Source: a virus
Strand: one strand, 5' to 3'
DNA length: 64,000 bases
Virus record (IMG/VR): IMGVR_UViG_3300043409_002109
Span: 32,001 to 96,000 of that record
The notes under the pieces: model-generated
The model's input: the letters and a program-made list of their open reading frames with translations, nothing else
Databases searched by the model: none
What the model was told of the DNA's origin: nothing
Shown here: positions 49,506 through 59,330 of the stretch, in pieces
Position numbering within the stretch: the first letter of the stretch is position 1
Layout: every line of letters begins with the position of its first letter
Position numbers and translations under genes: made by a program

Positions 49506-50331
49506 TGAATTCCTCTTGTTCTCTTCTGTTAGAGATTTGACTAGCAGCGGCGCTCTCTACACAGTATTCCTCAGGAAAGGAGAGCATCAGCTTTAATGCG
49601 CTGTACTCACGGGCACTTAACACCACCCTATTCAATTGATAATCTCTAAATGCTTCCATAGATATAGGAAAGAGTTGGTTTAGTATCTGCTGAATAGCCT
49701 CAGCATAGACACGAATCTCTTGCTGAGCATGGCTATCAAGGCGCTGCTTTAGGAGCAACATCCAATCACCAAGATTAGCTGTTACAACGCCTTCTGTGTA
49801 CTGGCCCTGAGGGAGTACGGTGCGCGCCTGCTCTCTACAGACACCAAGCCCAAGAAGCTCCTGATAATCAAGTTGGGCGCGATGATTAGAAGATTCAACA
49901 GCAATGAAGGCGTCCTCTTCGGCAGCTTCACTCAATTTGCCAGAGCCAACCTGTTTGTTGCCAGAACCCTGCCCACGAATATCATCAGGAAGGATAGGCT
50001 GCCACTTCTCATCAGGCATAACTGAGTAACGACCACTCATCATATTCCAGGAAAATCTATCGTGCCTAATGAATTGTGCATGTACGAACAAGGGAAGTCT
50101 CAAATGAAACTTAACCTGAGCCATACTGAAGGGACTATAGTGTTCGTGGCGCATGAGGAATCTAATGAGATCGCGATCTTCAGACACCTTACGAGTACCC
50201 TTAGCATAGCTAACTCTTGCTGCCTGGCTAATTGATTCGTCAGTGCCCATAAAATCAATTATCTGGACGAATCCTGAGTTTAAAACTTCTACTTTTCTAT
50301 TCCACTCGGATGTGTTTCCAAGTTCTTTCAT
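49483..50331 (-). CDS. thyX: FAD-dependent thymidylate synthase ThyX
   Basis: AARVSY, RHEHYSPF, RHDRFSWNMMSGRY (RHRx7S-type signature), EQARTVLP, HAQQEIR. Confidence 0.92.
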   Translation of the reverse strand: MKELGNTSEWNRKVEVLNSGFVQIIDFMGTDESISQAARVSYAKGTRKVSEDRDLIRFLMRHEHYSPFSMAQVKFHLRLPLFVHAQFIRHDRFSWNMMSGRYSVMPDEKWQPILPDDIRGQGSGNKQVGSGKLSEAAEEDAFIAVESSNHRAQLDYQELLGLGVCREQARTVLPQGQYTEGVVTANLGDWMLLLKQRLDSHAQQEIRVYAEAIQQILNQLFPISMEAFRDYQLNRVVLSAREYSALKLMLSFPEEYCVESAAASQISNRREQEEFIAKFRMD

Positions 50332-51064
50332 ATTTTATATCTCCTATACTGCTGATACTGATGTTATATTTGCGAGCCAATTCGGCAGAGCCACTACCAT
50401 TTTGCAGGGCTTTTTTGATCTCATAAGCTATTTCATTAGTGATCTTATGATTATGATGTTGTTCTCCAGATGGAGTGCCTATTTCTAAAGGGATGCCCCC
50501 GGTAATATCAGAGAAACTACGACCTCTAGCAATATCGCAAATAGTTGTTCTTGATACTTTATATTCCTTAGCAATATTTAACTCTCTTTCTCCAGCTTGA
50601 AGACGAGCATAGATAATGACAGCTTGCTCAGCGCTCAGATATGCACGCTTTTCTCTAGCTTGTAAGAGACCATTTTTGATACTTGTTCGATGCTCTATAG
50701 ATAGTTTTCTACCTTTAAGTCTTTCAGACTGGGCCACTCTTTGTTCCTCGGTCCATGACCTTCCAGGGCAGTCGGCGCCGGCTCCATTAATGTTATAACC
50801 AATTTTAGGATTCATAGTATCTAGGCGGGAGATCCACTCATGCTCTCTGAACCTCAAGATTTGGAAATCTTCTACCACTTCTAGAATCGAAAAACTAAAA
50901 GACCCACATCCATATTTATTCCATGCTCTTTGTAAGTGTGGATTCTGATGTGTTCCTTTTTTCAAATACCCTAAGTGGTCAGACCACCTTTTTGCAAGAG
51001 CGATAGTTGAACCGACATAAAGTTTTTGGTTGATATTACATTTGATAAGATAAATACATTGCAT
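50297..51064 (-). mobile_element. free-standing GIY-YIG homing endonuclease gene
   Basis: CIYLIKC..NQKLYVGS..RWSDH...HQNPHLQRAWNKYG...RE..WI...GYNI, then a NUMOD3-like segment and two HTH repeats (IAKEYKVSRTTICDI, LARKYNISISSIGDI). Confidence 0.9.
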
Positions 51065-51089
51065 AGTCTACACCTTTGGATACTTTGGC

Positions 51090-51118
51090 AGTATACTCTA
51101 GTGCTTTTTGACTTGCAA
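51090..51118 (-). promoter_or_regulatory. sigma70-type promoter for the endonuclease gene
   Basis: TTGCAA (51118-51113), 17 nt, TATACT (51095-51090), then AAAGGTG RBS and ATG at 51064. Confidence 0.65.
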
Positions 51119-51247
51119 TACAAATCCATCGTTAAGAACTGGGATTGGTTTCTCAAGTTCGTCTATATCTATTTGCATTTGTTCTATCACTTTGTTTAAG
51201 TCCAAACCTTTGTAAATACCAATAGGCTGGGGTAGTTCACTTTCCAT
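51098..51247 (-). pseudogene. orphaned 5' fragment of thyX (49 aa)
   Basis: MESELPQPIGIYKGLDLNKVIEQMQIDIDELEKPIPVLNDGFV|LQVKKH*. KPIPVLNDGFV is a ThyX N-terminal motif, duplicated downstream as KVEVLNSGFV. Confidence 0.7.
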
Positions 51248-51527
51248 GTTGTTTCACTGCTGAGGGAGGCCAAGGTAGATTATTCGTGGCAGCAAAGACC
51301 TTGAGCTTCTCTACGTGACGATAGACCTTAGTTGTGCCTGCGGCCATCACTTGTAAATAATGTGTGCGTGTGCGCTCGGTTTGTCGTTCTTCATAGATGT
51401 CCCAGACATTACGCCCGTTATACTTGATACGAAGTAAGCGCGCGTTCTCTCTACTGCAATTAAGAATCTGAGATAGTTCTTCATTCGTGTATTGGCTCAT
51501 CAAGCCAATGTAGTTTTGTTCATTCAT
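51237..51527 (-). CDS. small HTH protein
   Basis: YTNEELSQILNCSRENARLLR. Confidence 0.5.
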   Translation of the reverse strand: MNEQNYIGLMSQYTNEELSQILNCSRENARLLRIKYNGRNVWDIYEERQTERTRTHYLQVMAAGTTKVYRHVEKLKVFAATNNLPWPPSAVKQHGK

Positions 51528-52149
51528 CTTCTTTCTCTATGTTGAAAGTTATATCTATTGTCTTGATCGGGGACAGTCGAATTGAGATTGGTACAACGCT
51601 ACCCATTTGATAGATGTTTTGTATTTCATACTGAGTAGTTTTCGGCCCCGCTGAAGGAGCATCTATTTGTGGGTTAACCCAATCTACAGTCTCTATATCG
51701 TTATCCAGGTCAGATATTTTAAAGGAAGGTATTGACACTGGTTCGATACTAAGTTGTTCTACTTTGGATGGGGATTGACCCTGGTATTCATCCCTCACTG
51801 TAGATATGCGATATTTGCTCAGAACGCCAATCTGGCCCATTTCGTAGATAGGAAGTTTTTCCCGAGTAACTTTGTAAGGCAGAGGATCATAAGAAGTGAT
51901 TTTTCCTGGTAATTTTTCCCAAGGAAGGTAAGTCCTTTTAGGCCTTGGTAGATCACTTTCAACTATGCGTTGCCAATCAATTGGTTTGCAATTATCTTTA
52001 TTGATTTTGCAGCCAAAGAAATCTAAATATTCTTTTGGTTTGTAGGTTGGAGTTTCGGGCGCCATTGTTATCAATAGCACAATGCCGATATCAAAATCTC
52101 TTTCTATTAATTCTTGTATATAGAAAGGTATATCTGAATAGGGGTTCAT
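51520..52149 (-). CDS. hypothetical protein
   Basis: ATGA-coupled ORF. Confidence 0.5.
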   Translation of the reverse strand: MNPYSDIPFYIQELIERDFDIGIVLLITMAPETPTYKPKEYLDFFGCKINKDNCKPIDWQRIVESDLPRPKRTYLPWEKLPGKITSYDPLPYKVTREKLPIYEMGQIGVLSKYRISTVRDEYQGQSPSKVEQLSIEPVSIPSFKISDLDNDIETVDWVNPQIDAPSAGPKTTQYEIQNIYQMGSVVPISIRLSPIKTIDITFNIEKEDE

Positions 52150-52445
52150 GAGGAGACTACTCCGCTTTTTACTTGAGCTAAAGAAATTGAGTATGAGCGC
52201 TCAACTTCATCAAGCATTTGGTAGTAAAAACTTCTTGTTAGCGCTTTCAGTTCAATAATGAATATCTCTTCTGTGTAATATTTTAGATTGGTATCTGAAT
52301 ATACTTTTAAGATGTTGATTCTTTGAAAATTCATTCGCTCTCTTAACTCGATAACGAGAGAACCTGTATTCAAGTCTATTCTTAGGTTTTTAACATTTGT
52401 AGGTAAGTATGCATCTGCTAAAACATATGCTTGTTCGGCGTTCAT
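52146..52445 (-). CDS. hypothetical protein
   Basis: ATGA-coupled ORF. Confidence 0.5.
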   Translation of the reverse strand: MNAEQAYVLADAYLPTNVKNLRIDLNTGSLVIELRERMNFQRINILKVYSDTNLKYYTEEIFIIELKALTRSFYYQMLDEVERSYSISLAQVKSGVVSS

Positions 52446-52684
52446 TGTTTTGTTACCACTATTGCGAATTGATATGGATCAGAATATCTGTCCCAGATTA
52501 TTCTAATTCGAGGACAAGGCGACACCATTCTAACGCTATATTTTTCAAATAAGTGATGGAGTTCTGTCTCAAGCATATCTCTGTGGTATTGAGTAGAGTT
52601 TTTACCCTCATACTTGCCAATGACCTGGTATGCTTCTTTTACATAAATATTCCATTGCTCTTCATATTCAGTCAGAGAGACCAT
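52442..52684 (-). CDS. hypothetical protein
   Basis: GAGG RBS; coupled ORF. Confidence 0.5.
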   Translation of the reverse strand: MVSLTEYEEQWNIYVKEAYQVIGKYEGKNSTQYHRDMLETELHHLFEKYSVRMVSPCPRIRIIWDRYSDPYQFAIVVTKQ

Positions 52685-52758
52685 AGGCTACCTCTGTCGC
52701 TTGCACTAAGACATAAAAATGATTGTTTAATTCGTTATTGTTCATATTTTTTCCATGT

Positions 52759-52780
52759 AAATAAGGCCCACGAATGGGCC
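52759..52780 (-). terminator. intrinsic terminator
   Basis: On the - strand, GGCCCA-TTCG-TGGGCC followed by TTATTT, just after the stop at 52788. Confidence 0.65.
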
Positions 52781-52787
52781 AGTTAGT

Positions 52788-53021
52788 TTAAATTTCTACA
52801 GAGACTTGATAAGGTCTACCAGTTACTACACTGGGAATCTCAGCATCTTCTAGATGTTTTTCTATCTTGCGTCGTACCCATTCTATTTCTGACTGGATAC
52901 TTTCGAAGATATTTTGTTCATCTTTAACAGGATCTCCAGTGAGATCTGTTTCAGCTTCGATAGGTCTATCGATCTTTAGTTTGAATTCTATTTCTTTTGA
53001 AATGTATTTTGTGTTGTTCAT
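52788..53021 (-). CDS. hypothetical protein
   Basis: ATGA-coupled to the primase-helicase gene. Confidence 0.5.
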   Translation of the reverse strand: MNNTKYISKEIEFKLKIDRPIEAETDLTGDPVKDEQNIFESIQSEIEWVRRKIEKHLEDAEIPSVVTGRPYQVSVEI

Positions 53022-55501
53022 GCTTCAGCCTCTACATAGTAAAGTTCTTCTTGCTCTGCTTCGATCTCTTGCTCGGTATCAATCGCTATTCCGCTTTCTC
53101 TCCGTGCCTCATTCAGATCTTTCTCTATTAAAGTCACAGTTGAGGGATCGAGATCCATCATAATTTTATTCTCTGGGCTCTTGAAAGAAGTAATTTTGTT
53201 TTTACCGAAGACTAACATTAAGCGGGGGCAAAGAGTTTTAGTCTCTTTGTTCACCCAATGAATCGTAGCATCTTGGCCACGATCATTTAGATCGTTATAA
53301 ACATGAATAATAATGTTGGGTCGGTACATCATGGCTCTAGCGTCAGCGATATCATCGTTGACAGGCAATTTCATCTTGCTAGTGTCCATAGGCATGTTCT
53401 TTCTGTATTCAACAGTGGCGAACATTGCACAATGATATTTAGCAGTCATATTCTTTTGTGATGTCGCGATATTACGCATACGACTAGTTTGGTCTAGCCC
53501 AGGATAGTCGGCGTAGTTTGCTGTGTTATCGGCAACTACTAGGATCTTTCTATCAGGATATTTGGTTCGAGCATATTTCAGTTGTTTCTCTAGAGGAGTA
53601 AGCGTGTTGCCATCCTCAGAGTCAATCAGAATTAAACGCTCCTCGCCTAGGAGATGCCTAAAGATATCAGCTGCTCGCTGATACACTATCCAAGTCTCTT
53701 TACTCTTTATATTCCTGTAGGGGTTAGCGGCTTCACCGATAGTTAGCCTAGACTCTTCTGGCTGCCGAATCATATCTGCTATTGTAGTTATGATTCTTGG
53801 AGCTACCTGTGTGTAGGCATCATCAGTCCAGTGCATAATTACCATGGCGAAGAGATCGTGCATTGCTACATCGATTCCTAAAGATGTGGTAACTGCTGTC
53901 TTACCTGCGTTTGCGCGGCCACCAAAGTAAACTAAGTTACCATCAGTAGCGCTCATACCACCCGCTAAAGCGGCGCCAAACATTCTATAAAATCCGAATT
54001 GGAACTCTGAGAGATTCTTATCTGTAGCTGAAGTTGCCTTGATCTCTTCTAGTGCATCGAATCTACCTACCTGGTGATTTGCTCCCATGATAGTTTTTTC
54101 GTACTCTCTATTGATATCTTCAATGTCAGCTTCGTGTTGAGTCAAAGCCGAAAGAAGATTAGTAGGATCGGCGGAAACTGCTCTCATATATTTTTGAGCA
54201 GCGCCCTCTAAGCGCTCACGACGCTCTTGTTCCTTGCCATCACGTATAGCTGCTACGTCCTGAGTGATACTCTGATAGCTTATGCCCGTGAAGTCAGACA
54301 GTTGCTTCGTTAGAAGCTCTCTCCGTATCGCGCTTGTTTCGGCTGCTATAAGAGGAACCATACTGGAGCATACTTCGTCAGCTGCAGCTTTGTCTGAGAT
54401 GCGTCCGAGGACCCATTCAAACGCTGGCACCTTTTGAAGATCGGTAAATGGTTTACCAGTCTTCTCATTAGCAATGAGTTCGCTGGGATCTTTGGCCTCT
54501 GTGTCTCCAGGAATGACAACAGAGCAGCTTACTCCGGGGGCGAACTTAATTTCATTCATTAGAATGCGCTCAGTGGCCCCTGTGCCGGCTTCGTCCCAGT
54601 CTAGGCAGAAGTATGCCTGACGGATTCCAAGCATCTTCAGTAGAGCCAGGTGCTCACCGGTGAAGGCAGTGCCACAGACAGCTGCTACGTTAAAGATCCC
54701 GACTCTATGTAGTGCGGCCAAGTCTCCAGGGCCTTCTACAATATAGAGTCCATCTTTTTTCGCGCCAGCCTTAAGAGCAATATCGATACCTAATAGAATC
54801 TTCTTCTTTTCATAGATAGCTGATTCATGGGAGTTGATGTATTTCGGGCCGCTGTTTCCCAGATTACGGCTAATGAAACCGACAGGGCGTCCTCTATAGT
54901 CTTTGACTACGAAAGTTAATAGCTCAGAGTCTATGAATTTAGTTGTACTCGTTCGAATCATCATACTACTGATGATATCTGTCTGAGACCAACCTTGCTC
55001 TTGTAGTCTTGAGCTTAACTCTCCAGAGTCTATTGAGCCTATAGTAAGACGATCTCTAGACCATCCTCTTTCCTTGCAGTAAGCTGTACCCTCTTCTGAA
55101 GCGTGAGCTTCTAAGATGTTGCTAATGTCATTAGCTAGTTTTAAGAGCTTAGCTTTCTCTTTCTCAGCGGGGCTTATAGCGCCCATCTGCACTTCGAGCC
55201 CCATCTGCTCAGCTAATGCGGGGAGTGTTTCTGTTATAAACTCTGGCCCGCTTATAGGCAGGTTCTCGATAACAGAAGCGGCGCGAAAGATATCGAAATC
55301 TCCGCAGCCGCTCCAGCATCTAAAAGTCTGATAACCACTCTTCGGATTATATGAGCAGCTTGGAGTTTTATCTTCATGAGAGATGCAATGAAACTTTGCT
55401 TTAACATTACCTGCCTCTGCACCTAAATGTTTTTCTAAATAATTGGTTAACCGTGGGCGTAGCTCCGCCACAAGTTCATTTACGTTACTGATATATGACA
55501 T
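53018..55501 (-). CDS. DnaG-type primase fused to DnaB-like helicase
   Basis: Zn finger CISHEDKTPS..CWSGC; KYINS; TOPRIM IVEGPGD and CLDWDEAG; Walker A GGRANAGKT; KNK near the C-terminus. Confidence 0.9.
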   Translation of the reverse strand: MSYISNVNELVAELRPRLTNYLEKHLGAEAGNVKAKFHCISHEDKTPSCSYNPKSGYQTFRCWSGCGDFDIFRAASVIENLPISGPEFITETLPALAEQMGLEVQMGAISPAEKEKAKLLKLANDISNILEAHASEEGTAYCKERGWSRDRLTIGSIDSGELSSRLQEQGWSQTDIISSMMIRTSTTKFIDSELLTFVVKDYRGRPVGFISRNLGNSGPKYINSHESAIYEKKKILLGIDIALKAGAKKDGLYIVEGPGDLAALHRVGIFNVAAVCGTAFTGEHLALLKMLGIRQAYFCLDWDEAGTGATERILMNEIKFAPGVSCSVVIPGDTEAKDPSELIANEKTGKPFTDLQKVPAFEWVLGRISDKAAADEVCSSMVPLIAAETSAIRRELLTKQLSDFTGISYQSITQDVAAIRDGKEQERRERLEGAAQKYMRAVSADPTNLLSALTQHEADIEDINREYEKTIMGANHQVGRFDALEEIKATSATDKNLSEFQFGFYRMFGAALAGGMSATDGNLVYFGGRANAGKTAVTTSLGIDVAMHDLFAMVIMHWTDDAYTQVAPRIITTIADMIRQPEESRLTIGEAANPYRNIKSKETWIVYQRAADIFRHLLGEERLILIDSEDGNTLTPLEKQLKYARTKYPDRKILVVADNTANYADYPGLDQTSRMRNIATSQKNMTAKYHCAMFATVEYRKNMPMDTSKMKLPVNDDIADARAMMYRPNIIIHVYNDLNDRGQDATIHWVNKETKTLCPRLMLVFGKNKITSFKSPENKIMMDLDPSTVTLIEKDLNEARRESGIAIDTEQEIEAEQEELYYVEAEA

Positions 55502-55510
55502 GTGTTTTCC

Positions 55511-56605
55511 TTACTTTAGATTCATATGATCTAGACTTTCTCTTCGACCTGCTGATGTTATCCGAATAAAGGTAACATTGTCCGGGTGTAAATCTGCTAA
55601 AGTGACGAGTCCTAGATATGAAATAGCACTCTGGACGCCCTCTCTATATCTCATTATAAGAGTTTCGACAGTCTCTCCATCCCAGTACATATCTTTTGAG
55701 CTGGCCCCTTCGGGGCACCAGCTCGCTTGGCCTTTATAGTCTTTCTGGAACTCGGCGCTAGCCTGACCTCTGTAGACCTTTTTGTAAACCTGAGGCATAG
55801 CCTCAGCCTGTGGACCGCATATAAGAAGGCCTCCTTGATAAGAGTTGTCAACTTCCCATCCTGGAGCTTCAAAGGTCTTTGAGAACTCATGGCCCATCAT
55901 AATACCCTTAGCCCCAGCGGCAAGATACTTTACAGCATCTCCAGAATTTTTAATGCCACCATCGGCAATCACAATAGCTTTTGGATTATGATTGGCTACA
56001 TTATATACAGCTTCAAGCTGTGGAACGCCAATACCAGTTACAATTCTAGTTGTGCAGGCGGCTCCAGAACCTATACCTACTCTAAGGTGAGTAGCTCCAC
56101 TATCGAAACAGTGTCTACCTGCGCTAGAGCTAGCTATAGATCCAGACATTATGCTTTTTATGAATGTAAGTTCTTTTCGTAAAAATCTAATAGCATTTAA
56201 GCCCAGAACAGAATGTCCGTGGGCTATGTCTATTGCGACGTTTACGAAGAAGTCTTTTTCATTCGAAACAGGAACTTCTTCTAGCTCTTTTATGAAGTCT
56301 TGAAGATGCTCAGGAGTCCCCCCGACTGCAAAGAAAGCTTCCGTAGAGTGAAAGTCTCGGAGACATCTTGCTCTTTCTTCCTTCGAGAGGAAGCGGCTTA
56401 CAACAGGGATTTCGTTTAGTTCAAGCATTCGCTTTGTAAGCCAATAACCTGTCACTCTATCCATAGGAGCAGAGTAAATAAAAGGATTCAATGTTGCGTC
56501 TCGCCTTGATGCGAGTATCCCCTTCTGGGGTACAAGCAGTACGTCATCGGCTGATAAGAGTGTGTCTTCGTTTCTAAGTAAGCTCTTCATAGTATCTCGT
56601 TCCAT
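55511..56605 (-). CDS. GMP reductase / IMP dehydrogenase family, no CBS domains
   Basis: [34 protein letters not shown] (catalytic Cys), IADGGI, YRGQAS, PEG. Confidence 0.88.
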   Translation of the reverse strand: MERDTMKSLLRNEDTLLSADDVLLVPQKGILASRRDATLNPFIYSAPMDRVTGYWLTKRMLELNEIPVVSRFLSKEERARCLRDFHSTEAFFAVGGTPEHLQDFIKELEEVPVSNEKDFFVNVAIDIAHGHSVLGLNAIRFLRKELTFIKSIMSGSIASSSAGRHCFDSGATHLRVGIGSGAACTTRIVTGIGVPQLEAVYNVANHNPKAIVIADGGIKNSGDAVKYLAAGAKGIMMGHEFSKTFEAPGWEVDNSYQGGLLICGPQAEAMPQVYKKVYRGQASAEFQKDYKGQASWCPEGASSKDMYWDGETVETLIMRYREGVQSAISYLGLVTLADLHPDNVTFIRITSAGRRESLDHMNLK

Positions 56606-56849
56606 TTATATTTGGTATGTCTTTAGCTCTTATTCCAATGTCGATCCATCCTCCTTCGCGAGGAAGAACTTCCATAACACAGGCTTGATATGGTTTTGAA
56701 CAGTAAATATTTTCAGTTTCTAAGAGTAGCTCTGTGTACTCTAGCATGACTGAACATGCTTCTGAAAAACTTAGATAAGGTCCATAGGTCTTCGTTATGG
56801 TATTTACTTCAGTTGTTGCTTCAACGTAAATTAAGAAAAATGTATCCAT
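56574..56849 (-). CDS. hypothetical protein
   Basis: Coupled ORF. Confidence 0.45.
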   Translation of the reverse strand: MDTFFLIYVEATTEVNTITKTYGPYLSFSEACSVMLEYTELLLETENIYCSKPYQACVMEVLPREGGWIDIGIRAKDIPNINGTRYYEELT

Positions 56850-57914
56850 TTAAATCTCGTTTGGTGTTCCGTCTTTGTTGTAGCAAGTGTTTCTATGAGG
56901 ACACCATCCACAGTTGAAATCACCTTTAACAGGCAATTTCAATTCTACTTTAGGCTTTAAGTCCATAGACTCTCTTTCAAGATTTTCTTGCTCTCTCTCT
57001 CTTATTTTTTCTAATTGCGTTCGATCTGTTTTATTTAAGCTATCGAAAATTTCTGGCGAATCAAAATCTTCTCTTGTGTACTGAAGTTTAAAATCTCTAT
57101 TCGGGATTTCTTGTTTCATAACATAAGAAGCAATCACACTATATTGTTCCAAGATGCTGTTAATAGTAATTAGAGATTTAGTCCATTTAGTTTTAAGAGG
57201 ACTAACTCCTCTGTACCAAATATAGATTAAACCATCTTCATCTTCTTCAGTCCGAACCAAGTACTCTGCGTATTTGCCGCCACCACGATCTCCATAGACT
57301 AGTCTACTTGGGCCGTAAGCCTCATCATTGGATGCTACCCACCAGTGGTAGAGCGCAATCTGCATAAGGTTCTTGTCTCTTGGAGAGCCAAGTTGTCCTT
57401 TTCGATGGTCGGCGTCGGTTCCGATAACTTTGTCCGCTCCGTAGGAGTAGACTGATTTCGCCTCTACTATACTCAATTTGTTTGTTTCTATATCTATGAT
57501 AACAATGTCCTCTTTACCAGAGACATTATGGCTTTTAATATAGACAGGTACTTGAGTATAGACGAAGATTCCTGAATTCTTGCACTGTTCAATGAGGTAC
57601 TCTTCATAGAGTTCTCCCATTGCCCATATGAATCTCATATAATTCGAGACAGGAATTTCTTCCTCTTTTAAACGTTCAACTAATTCTTTTGATTTTTCAA
57701 ATCTGATTGGATCATATTTGTAGTTCTCTTTCAGAAGTCTGAAGAAAGCCTGTCTGCGACACTGCCCTACTACCTGTTCTTGACCATTCGTAGAAATAAT
57801 AGCAGTGGCCTCCGAGGGCCACTGCGTTGGTTCCTTGCTGTCGCCAGGGCGAGGGCGAGAAATATTATTTAAGATATGATCAAGGACAGCGAAATTACTG
57901 TCCTTGTGTGTCAT
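56850..57914 (-). CDS. Cas4-like PD-(D/E)xK exonuclease with Fe-S cluster
   Basis: CRRQ, SGKEDIV, IVEAKS, QIALY, CGWCPHRNTC. Confidence 0.8.
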   Translation of the reverse strand: MTHKDSNFAVLDHILNNISRPRPGDSKEPTQWPSEATAIISTNGQEQVVGQCRRQAFFRLLKENYKYDPIRFEKSKELVERLKEEEIPVSNYMRFIWAMGELYEEYLIEQCKNSGIFVYTQVPVYIKSHNVSGKEDIVIIDIETNKLSIVEAKSVYSYGADKVIGTDADHRKGQLGSPRDKNLMQIALYHWWVASNDEAYGPSRLVYGDRGGGKYAEYLVRTEEDEDGLIYIWYRGVSPLKTKWTKSLITINSILEQYSVIASYVMKQEIPNRDFKLQYTREDFDSPEIFDSLNKTDRTQLEKIREREQENLERESMDLKPKVELKLPVKGDFNCGWCPHRNTCYNKDGTPNEI

Positions 57915-58191
57915 CTAAATTTACGCCCTTATTTTCCATCGCACTGCGAATACGGGAAACCTCTTCATCAATTTCTGCGGATCGTCGTTCGGCGAATTCT
58001 AAGAATTCATTTTCGAGATCTAAGACTATAAGAGGATTCCCCTCGGAATCTCTGGCGGCCTTAATTTTCTCAATTAAGTATTCCATATGAAGACCTAACT
58101 GGACTACATTCTGTCCCATATAATTCAGGCGCTGATCTAGCTTACCGAATGCTCCGATAAGCTGCTGGTCTGTTAACATTCTTTCTGACAT
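57895..58191 (-). CDS. hypothetical helical protein
   Basis: GAGGA RBS. Confidence 0.55.
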   Translation of the reverse strand: MSERMLTDQQLIGAFGKLDQRLNYMGQNVVQLGLHMEYLIEKIKAARDSEGNPLIVLDLENEFLEFAERRSAEIDEEVSRIRSAMENKGVNLDDTQGQ

Positions 58192-58227
58192 CTATTCCTC
58201 TTTTAATTTTAGCCTTTAGCGGCTTGT

Positions 58228-59328
58228 TTATATGACACTTTTCTTTGGCGGCATTACGTAGCCCAAGTACACAGGGCCGCTCTTATTGAAATCACAGTTG
58301 CCTTCTTCATCCTGGTAAACAACAGCATAACCATTAACGGCGCCACCGAAGAACTCCAGCTTTGGACTATGAGCATAAGTCATAAGTCCAGAAAGGCAAC
58401 CCTGTTCGATAAGAAGCTGCTGGGCATGAATCCCCTTGTAGAACTTATGTACATGGCCTATTACTACACAGTCAATAGCACCATGCTGATAGCGGCTATT
58501 AAAATAGTTAGCTACAGTCTGAACTGTAGCTCCCGGCTTTCCGCCACCACGACCATGAGGATGTGCGAAGATTGTTCTGCCTATCCGAAGGTACCAAGAC
58601 TCCCTCTGGTCATAGAAGACGTTAGAGAAGTCTTTCCGATCTACTAAGAGTCCTGTTTCATCTAGCATCTCGCCATTGGCAAGTCTAGCTAATAGGTCCG
58701 GGCGGAATATCTGAGAGGCCTCTTGTTCAAAACCTTCTCTGGCAAGAGCTTTCGCTGAGCGTACATCGTGGTTACCTGCTATGAGATAAACCTTAGGGAA
58801 TAGCTCGGCGCAAAGATTCACGAATTCAAAAGCTGCCTGGTACTCATGCAGGGCAGCAATTCTCTTGTGCTTCTCAAATGTACTGAACACATGGCCCTCA
58901 AAGATATCTCCATTGAGAACACAGATGTCAGCATCTTCATGAGCTTTAACAGCTTCCATTAGATAATCAACACGAGCATAAGGGAAATGAATATCACTTA
59001 AGGTGAGTATCTTTACGCCTGCACTAGTCGGGCGGCCTACGTTATAGTCTTCTGACTCGTCCTCATACTCTTTCTGAATAGCAGCTATCTTTCTAGCCCG
59101 CTCTGTTAGCGGGTTAATCGTTCTGTATTCTTTGAAAGTGACTGGATTTAAGGCTTCACGAGAAATCTTTTTGCGGATAGCCTCTTCTGTTCTTTCACAA
59201 GGAAAGCCAGGGAGGCCCTGATCGTGTCGTCGATTAATCTGCTCTGCGATCTCTCTTTGAGAATTTGTAGGAAGAAGTATTCTTAGGAGATGCTCTTCTT
59301 CAGGGCGCCATTTGAATGTTGTATTCAT
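58228..59328 (-). CDS. calcineurin-like metallophosphoesterase with N-terminal HTH/Myb-like domain
   Basis: LSDIHFP, LNGDIFE, GNHD, FAHPH, IGHVH; N-terminal WRPEEE...REIAEQIN...RTEEAIRKK. Confidence 0.85.
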   Translation of the reverse strand: MNTTFKWRPEEEHLLRILLPTNSQREIAEQINRRHDQGLPGFPCERTEEAIRKKISREALNPVTFKEYRTINPLTERARKIAAIQKEYEDESEDYNVGRPTSAGVKILTLSDIHFPYARVDYLMEAVKAHEDADICVLNGDIFEGHVFSTFEKHKRIAALHEYQAAFEFVNLCAELFPKVYLIAGNHDVRSAKALAREGFEQEASQIFRPDLLARLANGEMLDETGLLVDRKDFSNVFYDQRESWYLRIGRTIFAHPHGRGGGKPGATVQTVANYFNSRYQHGAIDCVVIGHVHKFYKGIHAQQLLIEQGCLSGLMTYAHSPKLEFFGGAVNGYAVVYQDEEGNCDFNKSGPVYLGYVMPPKKSVI

Positions 59329-59330
59329 TA

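Noticed and set aside
50297-51118. GIY-YIG gene as an intron-encoded ORF within thyX
   Set aside because: Only ~50 nt flank the ORF upstream, it overlaps thyX downstream, and no P/Q/R/S elements are visible. The duplicated N-terminus explains the layout without splicing.
56850-57914. CRISPR-Cas locus
   Set aside because: Solo Cas4-like nucleases are common in phages; no repeat-spacer array or other cas genes were seen.
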